NCBI GenBank assembly: GCA_024277325.1
Contig: JAJRVN010000026.1
Span: 1 to 50,353, forward strand
Length of the DNA: 50,353 bases
Direction of reading: 5' to 3'
DNA from: Patescibacteria group bacterium
GTDB lineage: Bacteria > Patescibacteriota > Microgenomatia > JAADGY01
The stretch's first letter is position 1. Each line of letters begins with the position of its first letter. Under the pieces are notes generated by a model. That model did not search any database, was not told the origin of the DNA, and saw nothing but the letters and a program-made list of their open reading frames with translations. Of the stretch, positions 17,440-27,422 are shown piece after piece. Position numbers and translations under genes: made by a program.

Positions 17440-18860
17440 ACTGCTTTTAAAGCTTGGGAAATTCTTTGTATCACGATTTGACGGCTTAGGAGAGTCATGC
17501 TTTCAAAAAGTGGCGGGGTTACCGGCCGGATCAAAACAATTAAGCGAAGAGCCATATAAATTTTACCTTTGGGCCAGTTATGATCCGTAATCAATTTTTG
17601 GACATTTTCTTCAATGGTTTGAGGTTCCCATTTGTCTGTCTGACTAATAATTTCTCTTATTTTAACCAAAGCTTTGATGACAATGGGATCCTTTAAGCGC
17701 TTTTTAACCTCAGCTGGATCAGGTTTGGCCGTAGGGTAAACAAACTTGGTCAATAGGAAGAAGTCCTTTAAAGTAACCATTCTAGGTTGGCATAGACCAA
17801 CTAGTTTGGCTAGGTTAGTTTCAGGGTAATCATGAGGCAAAAAGGGTTTGATTTTTTGGCTTAATTGGCCAATTGTTAAACTCTTAATATGTTCTTTGTT
17901 GAAGTAGTTCAGCTTGCTGATATCAAAGATAGGATTAGTTTTTCTAACCTTGGTAATATCGAACAAATCGATTAGTTGTTTCAGGCTTAAGACCGCAGAG
18001 TTATCTTGATAGTGCCAACCGAGAAAAACCATAAAATTAACCAAAGCTTCAGGCAAATAGCCCTCAGCCACATAGTCTAAGACCGATTTGGCGCCGTGTC
18101 GCTTGGATAACTTAGCCTTATCCGGCCCCAAAATTATGGGAAAATGGCCGAAAATCGGAACCGGCCAGCCGAAAGCTTTGTATAAGATGATATGTTTGGG
18201 TGTTGAGGAAATAAACTCAGCTCCTCTCAAGACGTGGCTTATCTTCATCAGATAGTCATCGATAACCACGGCAAAGTTGTAAGTTGGATAACCGTCAGAT
18301 TTAATCAGTACTTGGTCGTCAAGATTTTGGCTGTTTATTGTAACTGGACCTTGGATCAAGTCATTCCAAGAAATATCAAGTTCATCCGGTATTTTAAGCC
18401 GAATGACATACGGCAATCCTTGTTTGATCTTTTGTTTGGTGTCTGTTTTAGTTAAGTTTAGGCAGTGGCGGTCATATTTTGGCATCAGGCCTTGTTTTTG
18501 TTGTTGTTTCCTGACTTGAGTTAAGCGCTCAGGCGAACAAAAGCAATAGTAGGCTTGACCTTGGTCGATCAGCTGGTCAGCATATTTTCGGTAGAGATCC
18601 AGCCTTTGGGATTGGATATAAGGGCCGTAATCACCACCAACTCGGAAACTTTCATCTTCCCTTAAGCCAACAGTGTCAAGAATCTCCATAATCTTAGCTT
18701 GGCTGTTGGCCACCAGGCGCTTTCTGTCGGTGTCTTCTATTCTAATGATGAACTTGCCGTGGTTGTGTTTGGCAAAAAGCCAGTTAAAAAGTGCGGTTCT
18801 GGTATTGCCGATATGAGGAATGCCGGTCGGCGATGGAGCGAAGCGAACCCTAACTGTCAT
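17436..18860 (-). CDS. gltX: glutamyl-tRNA synthetase
   Basis: RFAPSPTGIPHIGN (HIGH motif) and KLSKR (KMSKS motif); 474 aa. TATAAT lies 6 nt upstream of the ATG. Confidence 0.95.
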   Translation of the reverse strand: MTVRVRFAPSPTGIPHIGNTRTALFNWLFAKHNHGKFIIRIEDTDRKRLVANSQAKIMEILDTVGLREDESFRVGGDYGPYIQSQRLDLYRKYADQLIDQGQAYYCFCSPERLTQVRKQQQKQGLMPKYDRHCLNLTKTDTKQKIKQGLPYVIRLKIPDELDISWNDLIQGPVTINSQNLDDQVLIKSDGYPTYNFAVVIDDYLMKISHVLRGAEFISSTPKHIILYKAFGWPVPIFGHFPIILGPDKAKLSKRHGAKSVLDYVAEGYLPEALVNFMVFLGWHYQDNSAVLSLKQLIDLFDITKVRKTNPIFDISKLNYFNKEHIKSLTIGQLSQKIKPFLPHDYPETNLAKLVGLCQPRMVTLKDFFLLTKFVYPTAKPDPAEVKKRLKDPIVIKALVKIREIISQTDKWEPQTIEENVQKLITDHNWPKGKIYMALRLIVLIRPVTPPLFESMTLLSRQIVIQRISQALKAV

Positions 18861-18927
18861 GACATAATTATACTATGCCTCTTTGTAAAATTAAGCTTAA
18901 ATAAATTAAAGTTGATATACTTAAAGC

Positions 18928-19593
18928 ATGGGATTTGTTAGATGGCTAGATCGTGATTGGCAGAATAAAAAACAGGTGGTCAACCAAGTTGTTGTTAGTT
19001 CTAAAGCCGACTTTGATTATTATTTTTTATTAAGTCTGGCTACGGTGGTTACGCTTTTGGGGATTATATTTGAAGACCAAGTGATTTTTTTAGGCGGAAT
19101 TTTAGTGGCTCCGTTGTTGTCGCCGGTTTTAGCCTTAGGCTTAAGCATTGTCACGGGCAATATATCCTCGATCTTTCGTTCTTTGAAAAACATAATTTTA
19201 TCCCTTTTTGTTATCGTTTTGTTGACTTTTGTGGCCGCTTTCGCCTTGCGGATTCCGGCTGACCATGTTTTGATTTTGTCGGAAAAGATGCGGGTTGGCA
19301 CTCATTATTTGTATGTAGCCATTTTGTCAGGCATGGCTGCCAGTTATAGCTGGGTTAGGCAAAAAACTTTGATGACCTTACCGGGAGTAGCTATGGCGGT
19401 TTCACTGTTACCACCGGTGATTTTCTGGGGGTTGGCTTGGTATATCAGGTCTATGGTTTTGCTTTATGACGCTTTTTTATTATTTAGCCTTAATTTGTTG
19501 GGTGTGGTTTTGTCAAGTGTCTTAGTTTTTTTAGTGACAGGCTTCTCTTCATTGGATAAAGAGGAAGATAAAATTATTAAGAAAAACGGTTAA
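18928..19593 (+). CDS. DUF389-like hydrophobic membrane protein
   Basis: LVAPLLSPVLALGLS segment and a repeated TM pattern resembling the DUF389/TIGR00341 family. Confidence 0.55.
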   Translation: MGFVRWLDRDWQNKKQVVNQVVVSSKADFDYYFLLSLATVVTLLGIIFEDQVIFLGGILVAPLLSPVLALGLSIVTGNISSIFRSLKNIILSLFVIVLLTFVAAFALRIPADHVLILSEKMRVGTHYLYVAILSGMAASYSWVRQKTLMTLPGVAMAVSLLPPVIFWGLAWYIRSMVLLYDAFLLFSLNLLGVVLSSVLVFLVTGFSSLDKEEDKIIKKNG

Positions 19594-19598
19594 GATTT

Positions 19599-21299
19599 TT
19601 ACAGACACCGACTTGGACCAGGTTTCATTTGTTTAAGATAATTAGTAATAGACAAGATAACATCAACTTGACTCAGACGGAGATCATTATTTAAATCGTA
19701 AAGCAAGAAATTATGATTTAGGGGTTGGTTGGGTTGGCGCAAGTACTTAGTGATAAAGCAAATAACATCGCCTCGGTCGTGAGCCGTTCCATTTTGATTA
19801 ACGTCCCCCTTACTAAAGTTAAAGCCATCTTTGTTGGTCGTCAAACTAAGACGAGCCAGTTTTAAACCTTGACCATCTACGTAAGCCAAGTAAAAAACGC
19901 TTTGTTGATTTAGTCTGTCATCTTTTCCACTTACTATAGTTGGGTATGAATGATAAAACGAAGTAGTGTTAATTTTAACTGGTGGTTGATCCAATCCTTG
20001 GTCGTGAAGAGTCAGTTGTTTAATATAGATATCATTTTTGACTTTACTGCCTGATCGATAGACAACAAGACAATTGCTTGAAGTACAGGCTGATCGAGCC
20101 AGATGAGCAATCTGAGATGGGGTAGAATTGACTAAACCAGCCGGTTTGATAATTTGGCCAAGAGAATTAATAAAAGAATAGTAGAGATAGTACTCTTTTT
20201 TTTCAGAGGTTGACTTTTGTATTTCTTTGGACCAGGTAATTAAGTAAGCAGCACCTTGATTCAAGTAAGCAACGCTTGGATGGATCAATCTTGAACCATC
20301 TTTGACTGGACTAGCAATAGCTACTTCGATTTTCGGTTGAATTAAGTCATTTTCTAGCAAAACAAACCGTCCATATATAGCCCGTGGGCCATTAGTTTGA
20401 GGATACTTTTGTTGGCTGGCTCTTTCATCTTGCCAGACTACTAAAGCCAGGTTATTAGCTCCGACAGCGACATCAACTTTTTCTTGATGCATTGGCAAAC
20501 GTCTACCGATATCATCACTAGAGATTAATTGGCCACTGCTTATAATCGGAGTATTGTTTTGAATAATTTGGCCGTAGATATCTTTGCTGACCCATTTTGC
20601 GGTTGAGTCATAAGTATCAAATCTTTGGCGGTGATCTTGCCAGAAAGCTAGGGTTATGCCATTTTGAGTATCTATAATTTTTGGTTCTTGCTGGCAACCC
20701 CAATCATAAGAATAACCCCAAGGATCGATTAAGTCAGCCGGCGCTTGATAAGCTGATATGTTTCTTAAAACAGGGCCAAGCTCTTTTTTGGTCGGTTTAA
20801 AATTGCGATAAGCTACATCGTAACAAGTGGTTCTTTTAAAATCTCCCAAAGCGGCTGGTCGAGGAATCTGCATCCAAACGATATTATATCGTCGGCCGAT
20901 CGGATTAAAACTGACACTTGGCCATTGTTCATTGTTGTATTTGTTGCTAGAGTCATACTCAGCTTGATTAGCAATAGCAATCTCGGTTCCAATGGTTGAA
21001 CCGTCTTTGGCTTGATACAGTCGGCCATATATATCGGAATTAGCTTGAGAGCCGTAACTATCGACTCGATTTTGCGGATCATTACGACCATCTTCCCAAA
21101 CAAGAAGAATTTGATCATTGTTGACATCATAAGCGATGGCTGGATGGGTTTGTCGGCCTGGACCAGGATTGTTTACTGACCAATCAATTTTTATAGCGGA
21201 ATCGCCAGCGGCTCTGACTTGATAATTGCCAAACACAATTAAGCTAAAAGTTAAACCAAAGATTAAAAAGAGAAAAACATCAAGACATTTTCGATTCAT
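19599..21299 (-). CDS. secreted repeat (propeller-like) protein with C-terminal dockerin-like module
   Basis: Signal peptide, then repeated W-x-D-x-R ... DIYG units. The C-terminus carries two EF-hand-like dockerin repeats (GDVNQNG..., YDLNNDLRLSQVDV...). Confidence 0.6.
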   Translation of the reverse strand: MNRKCLDVFLFLIFGLTFSLIVFGNYQVRAAGDSAIKIDWSVNNPGPGRQTHPAIAYDVNNDQILLVWEDGRNDPQNRVDSYGSQANSDIYGRLYQAKDGSTIGTEIAIANQAEYDSSNKYNNEQWPSVSFNPIGRRYNIVWMQIPRPAALGDFKRTTCYDVAYRNFKPTKKELGPVLRNISAYQAPADLIDPWGYSYDWGCQQEPKIIDTQNGITLAFWQDHRQRFDTYDSTAKWVSKDIYGQIIQNNTPIISSGQLISSDDIGRRLPMHQEKVDVAVGANNLALVVWQDERASQQKYPQTNGPRAIYGRFVLLENDLIQPKIEVAIASPVKDGSRLIHPSVAYLNQGAAYLITWSKEIQKSTSEKKEYYLYYSFINSLGQIIKPAGLVNSTPSQIAHLARSACTSSNCLVVYRSGSKVKNDIYIKQLTLHDQGLDQPPVKINTTSFYHSYPTIVSGKDDRLNQQSVFYLAYVDGQGLKLARLSLTTNKDGFNFSKGDVNQNGTAHDRGDVICFITKYLRQPNQPLNHNFLLYDLNNDLRLSQVDVILSITNYLKQMKPGPSRCL

Positions 21300-21391
21300 G
21301 TTATTTTATTATAAGGCTAATCAAAGCAGAAATCTAATTTTTGATGATTAAAATGAAGAGTTATTTTATCCTTCCTTGATATACTAAACTC

Positions 21392-22258
21392 ATGCGAGGT
21401 GGAATTGTAGCTATTGTCGGTCGGCCCAATGCCGGTAAATCAACCTTATTAAACCAGATGCTTCAACAGAAGGTTTCGATTATTTCGCCCAAACCTCAAA
21501 CGACTCGGCGATTGCTTCAAGCCGGCTATCAGGACGAACGCGGCCAGATCATCTTTGTTGACACGCCCGGAATTTTTGCCAAGATTGAGGATACGGTTTC
21601 GGCCAGAGTCAACAAACTGGCTTTGGGTTGGCAGAACCAAGTTGACGTGGTTGTTTATTTGGTCGATAAGACCAGGGGTCGGGGCATTGAAGAGAACCGA
21701 ATTTTGGGTATTGTTAGACAAGTTGATGTGCCCAAGATTTTGGTTTATAACAAAATAGACATTCACAAGCCTGATTATTTGTATGAATACAAGGTTTATG
21801 AATTAGAGTTTGATGACGTCGTTTCTATTTCGGCCTTAAAAGGGACTCATGTCAAAACTTTAATCGCTAAAATCTTTAGTTTCTTACCGGAAATAGATAA
21901 GCCTATGTTTGATCTAAAAAATAAAACCGCCTTGGACTTTTTAAGCATAAACTCAAGGTTTTTTTTAGCTGATTTAGTAAGGGAAAAAATCTTTATCTAT
22001 TTTCGCCAGGAACTGCCCTATACCGCCGGAGTCGAGGTCGAAGAAATTAAAGATGAACCTGAATTATTTAGCTTGCGGGCCAAGATCTTGGTTTTAAGCG
22101 GTAAGTACAAGGGTATGATTATCGGCAAGCAGGCCAATAATTTAAAACATATAGGAATGATGGTTCGCAAAGAATTGGAAACGATAACTAACAAAAAAGT
22201 TTTTGTTGGCTTAACCGTTGAGGTGGATAGGCACTGGCCTGAAAGACTCTTAATTTAG
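21392..22258 (+). CDS. era: GTPase Era
   Basis: G1 GRPNAGKST, G3 DTPG, G4 NKID, and a C-terminal KH-type domain; 288 aa. Confidence 0.9.
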   Translation: MRGGIVAIVGRPNAGKSTLLNQMLQQKVSIISPKPQTTRRLLQAGYQDERGQIIFVDTPGIFAKIEDTVSARVNKLALGWQNQVDVVVYLVDKTRGRGIEENRILGIVRQVDVPKILVYNKIDIHKPDYLYEYKVYELEFDDVVSISALKGTHVKTLIAKIFSFLPEIDKPMFDLKNKTALDFLSINSRFFLADLVREKIFIYFRQELPYTAGVEVEEIKDEPELFSLRAKILVLSGKYKGMIIGKQANNLKHIGMMVRKELETITNKKVFVGLTVEVDRHWPERLLI

Positions 22259-22263
22259 CCGGT

Positions 22264-23241
22264 TTAAGGTTTGTGGCTAAAAAGCTTGATTGGCTGCCAG
22301 TCGTAATTAAGGTCTACCCATTGCTTTAATTGGAGGGTTTCGCCGAATCTGTCTTGACTGTTTAGAACGATAACCAAAAACCAATAATTATCTCTTGATT
22401 CGGCCAGTGAGATTAAACACTCGCCAGCCTTTTCCGTCCAGCCGGTTTTTAAGCCCAAAATTCCCGGCGTGTTACCCAACAGATCATTGGTTGTTTTTAA
22501 AGTGGTTACCCGGCCCCTTGACACCTCTACGATTCTCATCATCGGAGATTGGGCGAAAGCCAAAATAAGCGGATTGTCTAGCGCTTGCCGGCTTAGGATA
22601 GCCAAATCAAAAACCGAAGTGTAATGGTTATCATTGTCATAGCCGACGGGATTGGTAAAGTGAGTGTCGGACATGTTTAGTTGCTTGGCTTTTTGATTCA
22701 TTAATTGGACAAAACTTTTTATTCCGCCGGGATAAGCGGCGGCTAAATTAATGGCTGCGTCATTGGCCGAGCTTATAATGCTGCTGGCCACCAATGATTC
22801 GAGTGTGTATTTTTCGCCCCGCTTTAAGCCTATGGTCTGGCCGTCAATGGTATCGGAGTCCACTTTAATAGCGATTATCTGCTTGGGCTGGTAAGCCTCT
22901 AAGGCAACCAAAGTGGTCATTAACTTAGTCAGTGAAGCCATCGGCAAACGCTTATGAGGATTAAGCGAGGCCATAATTACTCTTGAGTTTAAATCTTGGA
23001 TTAAAAAAGCCTTGGCGGTTAGGCTTGGTACAGGAGAAGAGAATTTTCTTTTTGGATAAGCTGGGATGTCTATAACCGGCATCCGGTTCGGTTGTTTTTT
23101 GGCATTGACGGCGGCGAAAGAATCGTTCAGCTTGGCCAGGTTAGGTTGAGGCGGAATCATTAGTAAGCCGGCCAGCAAAAGGGCAAACATCTGCAAGCTT
23201 AAAATTTTATGTTTTGCCACAAACCTTAAAGCCCTTATCAT
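22264..23241 (-). CDS. D-alanyl-D-alanine carboxypeptidase (S11, PBP5/6-like)
   Basis: SLTK (SxxK), SAN (SxN) and KTG motifs in the correct order, with an N-terminal membrane anchor. Confidence 0.8.
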   Translation of the reverse strand: MIRALRFVAKHKILSLQMFALLLAGLLMIPPQPNLAKLNDSFAAVNAKKQPNRMPVIDIPAYPKRKFSSPVPSLTAKAFLIQDLNSRVIMASLNPHKRLPMASLTKLMTTLVALEAYQPKQIIAIKVDSDTIDGQTIGLKRGEKYTLESLVASSIISSANDAAINLAAAYPGGIKSFVQLMNQKAKQLNMSDTHFTNPVGYDNDNHYTSVFDLAILSRQALDNPLILAFAQSPMMRIVEVSRGRVTTLKTTNDLLGNTPGILGLKTGWTEKAGECLISLAESRDNYWFLVIVLNSQDRFGETLQLKQWVDLNYDWQPIKLFSHKP

Positions 23242-24536
23242 GATTTTGGTTGTTTTTGGATAGCTAGTTTAAGCTCTTTAAGCTGTTTTTTGGTTACTTG
23301 ACTGGGTGCGTCCATGACCGAAGTTGTTCCTGAAGCAGTCATCGGGAAAGCCATAACTTCTTTAATGGAACTTTCTCCCTGGATGATAGCTATTAGTCTT
23401 TCGATACCCAAAGCGATACCTCCATGAGGCGGAGCACCGAAAGCCAAGGCTTCTAGCATATGACCGAACTTGGCCTTAATTTGTTTTGAGCTGTATCCCA
23501 TAATTTTTAAAACCGCTTCAAGAACTTCCGGCTTGTGGGCTCTAATGCTGCCACCTCCGACTTCATAGCCATTACAGACCAGATCATACTGCATAGCAAC
23601 TATTTTGTTGATGTTCTTACCCTGTAAAAGGTCGGATTCAAACTCAGGGTAAGGAGAAGAGAAAGGGTTATGGGTAAAGGTCCAACCACCATCATCGGTT
23701 TTTTCGAATAAAGGAAACTTTATTACCCAAGCAAAGGCCAGTTCTTGGCTGTTTTTATCTTTTCTCAAATCGAATTTATCAGCACCAAACTTGTTCATGG
23801 CTTCCTGGTAGCTAAATACCGGGAATTGCCGTGAAGTCAACTTGACCTTCATCTGGTCAGCCATCTTGACCAACATTGATTCGATTAAATTCATAATCTC
23901 TTCCTGACTGGTGAAGCTAATCTCTATGTCCAGCTGGGTAAACTCAAAACCGCGATCAGCCCGAGGGTCCTCATCCCTTAAGCACCTGGCAAACTGAAAG
24001 TATCTTTCAACCCCGGCTACCATCAGCAACTGTTTGTACTGTTGGGGAGATTGGGGCAGGGCATAAAAATAGCCGGGTTGGAGCCGAGAAGGAACTAAAA
24101 AATCCCTAGCTCCTTCAGGTGTGGACTTAGTTAGGATAGGAGTTTCTACTTCCAAGAAATCGCGCTTGATTAAAAACCGGCGCAGCAAATCTACCATCTG
24201 ACTTCGCCTGGTTAAGTTGTCAAGCAGGCGCCGGCGCCTTAGGTCAAGATAACGATACTTTAGTTTGAGAGCCTCATCAATATTATAGCCATTGTTATCT
24301 ATCGGGAAGGGTAAGGTTTGGCTTTGGTTTAAAACCGTTAACTTTTTAAGTTCAAACTCGATCTTGCCGGTGATTATTTTGGTGTTAACTAACTTGACCG
24401 GCCTTTCTTTAACGATGCCAACCACCTTAACTGGAGTGTGCAGCCGCGGCTTTTTCTTTAAATTGGCGGCGACCACTTGGATTATGCCGCTTCTGTCTCT
24501 CAAATCAAAGAAGGTGATCTTGCCGTGGTCTCTCAA
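23238..24536 (-). CDS. aspS: aspartyl-tRNA synthetase, bacterial type without insertion domain; homology continues upstream across an in-frame TAA to ATG 24608
   Basis: RDHG..FFDLRDRSG OB-fold start, motif 2 CLRDEDPRADRGFEFTQLD, motif 3 GGIALGIERL. The listed start is TTG. Upstream, in the same frame, the sequence reads MKLWIAETTNLINQ-TAA-VTLYGWVSNL. Confidence 0.85.
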   Translation of the reverse strand: MRDHGKITFFDLRDRSGIIQVVAANLKKKPRLHTPVKVVGIVKERPVKLVNTKIITGKIEFELKKLTVLNQSQTLPFPIDNNGYNIDEALKLKYRYLDLRRRRLLDNLTRRSQMVDLLRRFLIKRDFLEVETPILTKSTPEGARDFLVPSRLQPGYFYALPQSPQQYKQLLMVAGVERYFQFARCLRDEDPRADRGFEFTQLDIEISFTSQEEIMNLIESMLVKMADQMKVKLTSRQFPVFSYQEAMNKFGADKFDLRKDKNSQELAFAWVIKFPLFEKTDDGGWTFTHNPFSSPYPEFESDLLQGKNINKIVAMQYDLVCNGYEVGGGSIRAHKPEVLEAVLKIMGYSSKQIKAKFGHMLEALAFGAPPHGGIALGIERLIAIIQGESSIKEVMAFPMTASGTTSVMDAPSQVTKKQLKELKLAIQKQPKS

Positions 24537-24756
24537 ATTGGATACCCAGCCGTAAAGGGTAACTTATTGGTTGATGAGGTTGGTTGTTTCGGCTATCCAT
24601 AGTTTCATGCTTATAATTATAAACCAAAGACAAACAAAAAGTTGATTTTGCCGCTGGCGGTCATTTTTCGTGCTTTTTAAGCAGACTATTTAGTTTTTAT
24701 ATTTGAAACCTTTATCAACATTCTAACTTTTGACTATTTTGGTTTATACTTAAAAT

Positions 24757-25782
24757 ATGGCCAGCTTAACAGAAGTTATGTACCGAACTAGGATAGTTCT
24801 TAAAGCCACTTTGTTTAGTGTCATTTTTTTGGTTATCGCTTGGAATATTTATAAATATGTATATAACCAGTATCGTCGGCGTTATCCATTACCCCCGCCC
24901 CCGCCGAATGTTTTTTATGGTCGACTAACCGAGCTTAGCTGGCCCCCAAACAAAACCGATTTGACTGACGGGATTGACCTAAAATATAATATCTCGAAAA
25001 CTAAGGAAAGGCAGCTTAAAAATAAGGTTGGCTACGTTTTGGCCTATTTGAAAAATCGGGCCAATATTTGGGGACCGAATGAATTGGTTGAGACCGCCAA
25101 AGTTATGGGTTTTGATAACAAGGAAGGTCGGCTGCCGGATCGGCCGACATGGGTCAGGTTTTATAAAAACAACAATACTACGCTGGATATAGATGAAGAA
25201 ACAGGCTACTTTGATGTTACTACAAAAGGCATAAACAAGCTGAATCTGGCGATAGGCAGTTTTTTCCAAGTGGATGAGGCAACTAACTTTGTCAAGTCTT
25301 GGTTGTCAAAGGCTTTGTTTTGGAGTGATGATTTAGTCTTGGACAGAGTTGATTACTTTTCAATTTTAAATGGCAAAAAAATCAAGGTTGATGCCATTTC
25401 CGATGCTAAGATAATAAAGCTTAGTTATCGCCGGCAACTAATTTTTAATCGACCCAGCCTGTTTAACGAGGCCGAGCCTATAGTCGAGATAGAAGTAGCC
25501 AAGCCCGAAGGCAAGATCAATGTGTTAACCGCTCGCTTCAGATATCGGCCGGTGTTTTTAAACAAGCCGGCAACCTACCCATTGGTCTTTCCCAACCAAA
25601 GCTGGCAATATCTCAAACAAGGCAAGGGGTTCATTATCAGGGCTCCGGCCGGGTCGGTGGTTGTGGACAAGGTCGAGCTTGTTTTTTATGATCCCATGGC
25701 ACCGTATCGATACATGGTTCCGGCTTATTTATTCTCTTCAAGCAAAAGTGACTTTATGGCTCTATCTTCCGCCTTGCCGTAA
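24757..25782 (+). CDS. membrane-anchored protein with poly-Pro hinge, function unknown
   Basis: N-terminal TM helix, a PLPPPPPN stretch, then a ~280-aa extracytoplasmic domain. TATACT lies 6 nt upstream of the ATG. Confidence 0.45.
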   Translation: MASLTEVMYRTRIVLKATLFSVIFLVIAWNIYKYVYNQYRRRYPLPPPPPNVFYGRLTELSWPPNKTDLTDGIDLKYNISKTKERQLKNKVGYVLAYLKNRANIWGPNELVETAKVMGFDNKEGRLPDRPTWVRFYKNNNTTLDIDEETGYFDVTTKGINKLNLAIGSFFQVDEATNFVKSWLSKALFWSDDLVLDRVDYFSILNGKKIKVDAISDAKIIKLSYRRQLIFNRPSLFNEAEPIVEIEVAKPEGKINVLTARFRYRPVFLNKPATYPLVFPNQSWQYLKQGKGFIIRAPAGSVVVDKVELVFYDPMAPYRYMVPAYLFSSSKSDFMALSSALP

Positions 25783-25811
25783 AAGTGGTTGCCGATCAAG
25801 CAGTGATAAGC

Positions 25812-27422
25812 CTAGAAATAATCGATGATGATAAATTGGGGGAATTGGCGGCCTTTATAGTGGTTGATCTGGGTTTCAAAAACTATTTTATGGCTTTGCT
25901 TGATATCACTGCCGCCTTGAGGTTGGTTGAATAAAATAAAGTTTAAGTCTTGACTGAGGTGGCCTTTAAGTTTTAGCCTTAGATGGTTTTTGTTTTTGCC
26001 CATATACTCCAGCCGATCAAGGTAGTCGGTGTCCGTCATGAAGACAGGTTTGGGCCGGCTTTGGCCGAAGGGGCTCAGCTTTTGTACCGTAAACGGCAGT
26101 TGGCCGGTTAAGACTTGCCGATTGCTTAAATAATAGTCGACTTTTTGGTTGTTTTCCAGTTTGATTTTTTGATCGGCAAGGTATTTTTTTAGTGAGTCAA
26201 GCTTAGTTTTAGCCAGACTGAAACCGCAAGCGGCTTTATGCCCGCCTAAACCAATAAAGACATCATCCTTAAGTTGGCCTAGAAGCTGAGTTAAGTTTAG
26301 TTCTGAGCCTAGTCCCCGGCCGGAGCCTTTAAGCACGTTGTCTCCGTTTATGACCAAACTGGGCAGTTGAAAATGCTGACTTAGCTTAGCCGCGATCAAA
26401 CCTAAAATACCATCAGGTATGTCGGATTGGTAAAAAAGAATAAATTGACCTAAAAAAACCGCCTTGTCTTTAGCTGCCTCGAAGAAATCATAAGTTAAAG
26501 TTTGGCGTTCTCGGTTTAATCTTTCAACTTCCAAGCCGATGCCATGGATTAAGTCGGGATTGGTTTCGGTTAATAATTTTAAAGCGGTGCTGGCATTGCC
26601 GACCCGGCCGGCGGCGTTTAATCGAGGTCCAATGACGAAATTTATAGTATATTCGTCTATGGGCTTGGTCCAGCCGGCTTGGTCAACCAACTGCTTAAGA
26701 CCGGGGTTAATCGGCCCATGCTGGTTGAATGAGGCCAAAGCCAACTTGACGGCTGAGTAGTTGTAAAGATTAAGCGGCATCTGGTCGGCCAGAATGCCGA
26801 TGGCCCCAAGTTGCAGCAGTTGGAGATATTCTTTTTGGCTGAGTTTAGCTAGTCTATAGGTTTGGCTGGCCAAAGCCAAACTTAGGCCGCTGGCGGAGGT
26901 TTTGGTTTGGTGGATTAAGAAATCAGTCTTAACTTTTTGCTGGCTTAAATGGTGGTCAATGATACCAACGAAGATTCCGGCTTGTTTTAATACTTTGATC
27001 GTTGAGAGAGCGACGATGCCGTTGTCAATAGCTATAATTGATCTAAATCGCCTATATTTAAGTTTAGCCAAAGTTTTTAAGTTGATGCCATAGCCGTCTT
27101 TCTGTCTGTCTGGCAGATAAATTTGGGTTTTAACCCCCAGCTTGCTTAAAAGATATGCTAGGATGTAGCTGCTGATAATACCGTCAGCATTATAATCTCC
27201 ATAAATTAGAACCGGCGCCATTTTTTCAAGTTGGGCCAGATGCTTGATGTGATAAGGTGAAACACCTAATTGATCCAAGGCCAGATCGGCTAGATCGTCG
27301 TAGTTTGAAACTTGGTCTATTTGATATCGACTTGTTAATTTTTGATCTAATTGCCCTTGATCACTTATCTTGATCGAACCGTTAGTATCCCAGTTATATT
27401 TTTTTAGCTTCCCGTAAGGCAT
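25812..27422 (-). CDS. recJ: single-stranded-DNA-specific exonuclease RecJ
   Basis: DHH-family motifs (GDYNADG, IIDHH) and DHHA1 motif GGHKAACG; 536 aa. Confidence 0.85.
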   Translation of the reverse strand: MPYGKLKKYNWDTNGSIKISDQGQLDQKLTSRYQIDQVSNYDDLADLALDQLGVSPYHIKHLAQLEKMAPVLIYGDYNADGIISSYILAYLLSKLGVKTQIYLPDRQKDGYGINLKTLAKLKYRRFRSIIAIDNGIVALSTIKVLKQAGIFVGIIDHHLSQQKVKTDFLIHQTKTSASGLSLALASQTYRLAKLSQKEYLQLLQLGAIGILADQMPLNLYNYSAVKLALASFNQHGPINPGLKQLVDQAGWTKPIDEYTINFVIGPRLNAAGRVGNASTALKLLTETNPDLIHGIGLEVERLNRERQTLTYDFFEAAKDKAVFLGQFILFYQSDIPDGILGLIAAKLSQHFQLPSLVINGDNVLKGSGRGLGSELNLTQLLGQLKDDVFIGLGGHKAACGFSLAKTKLDSLKKYLADQKIKLENNQKVDYYLSNRQVLTGQLPFTVQKLSPFGQSRPKPVFMTDTDYLDRLEYMGKNKNHLRLKLKGHLSQDLNFILFNQPQGGSDIKQSHKIVFETQINHYKGRQFPQFIIIDYF

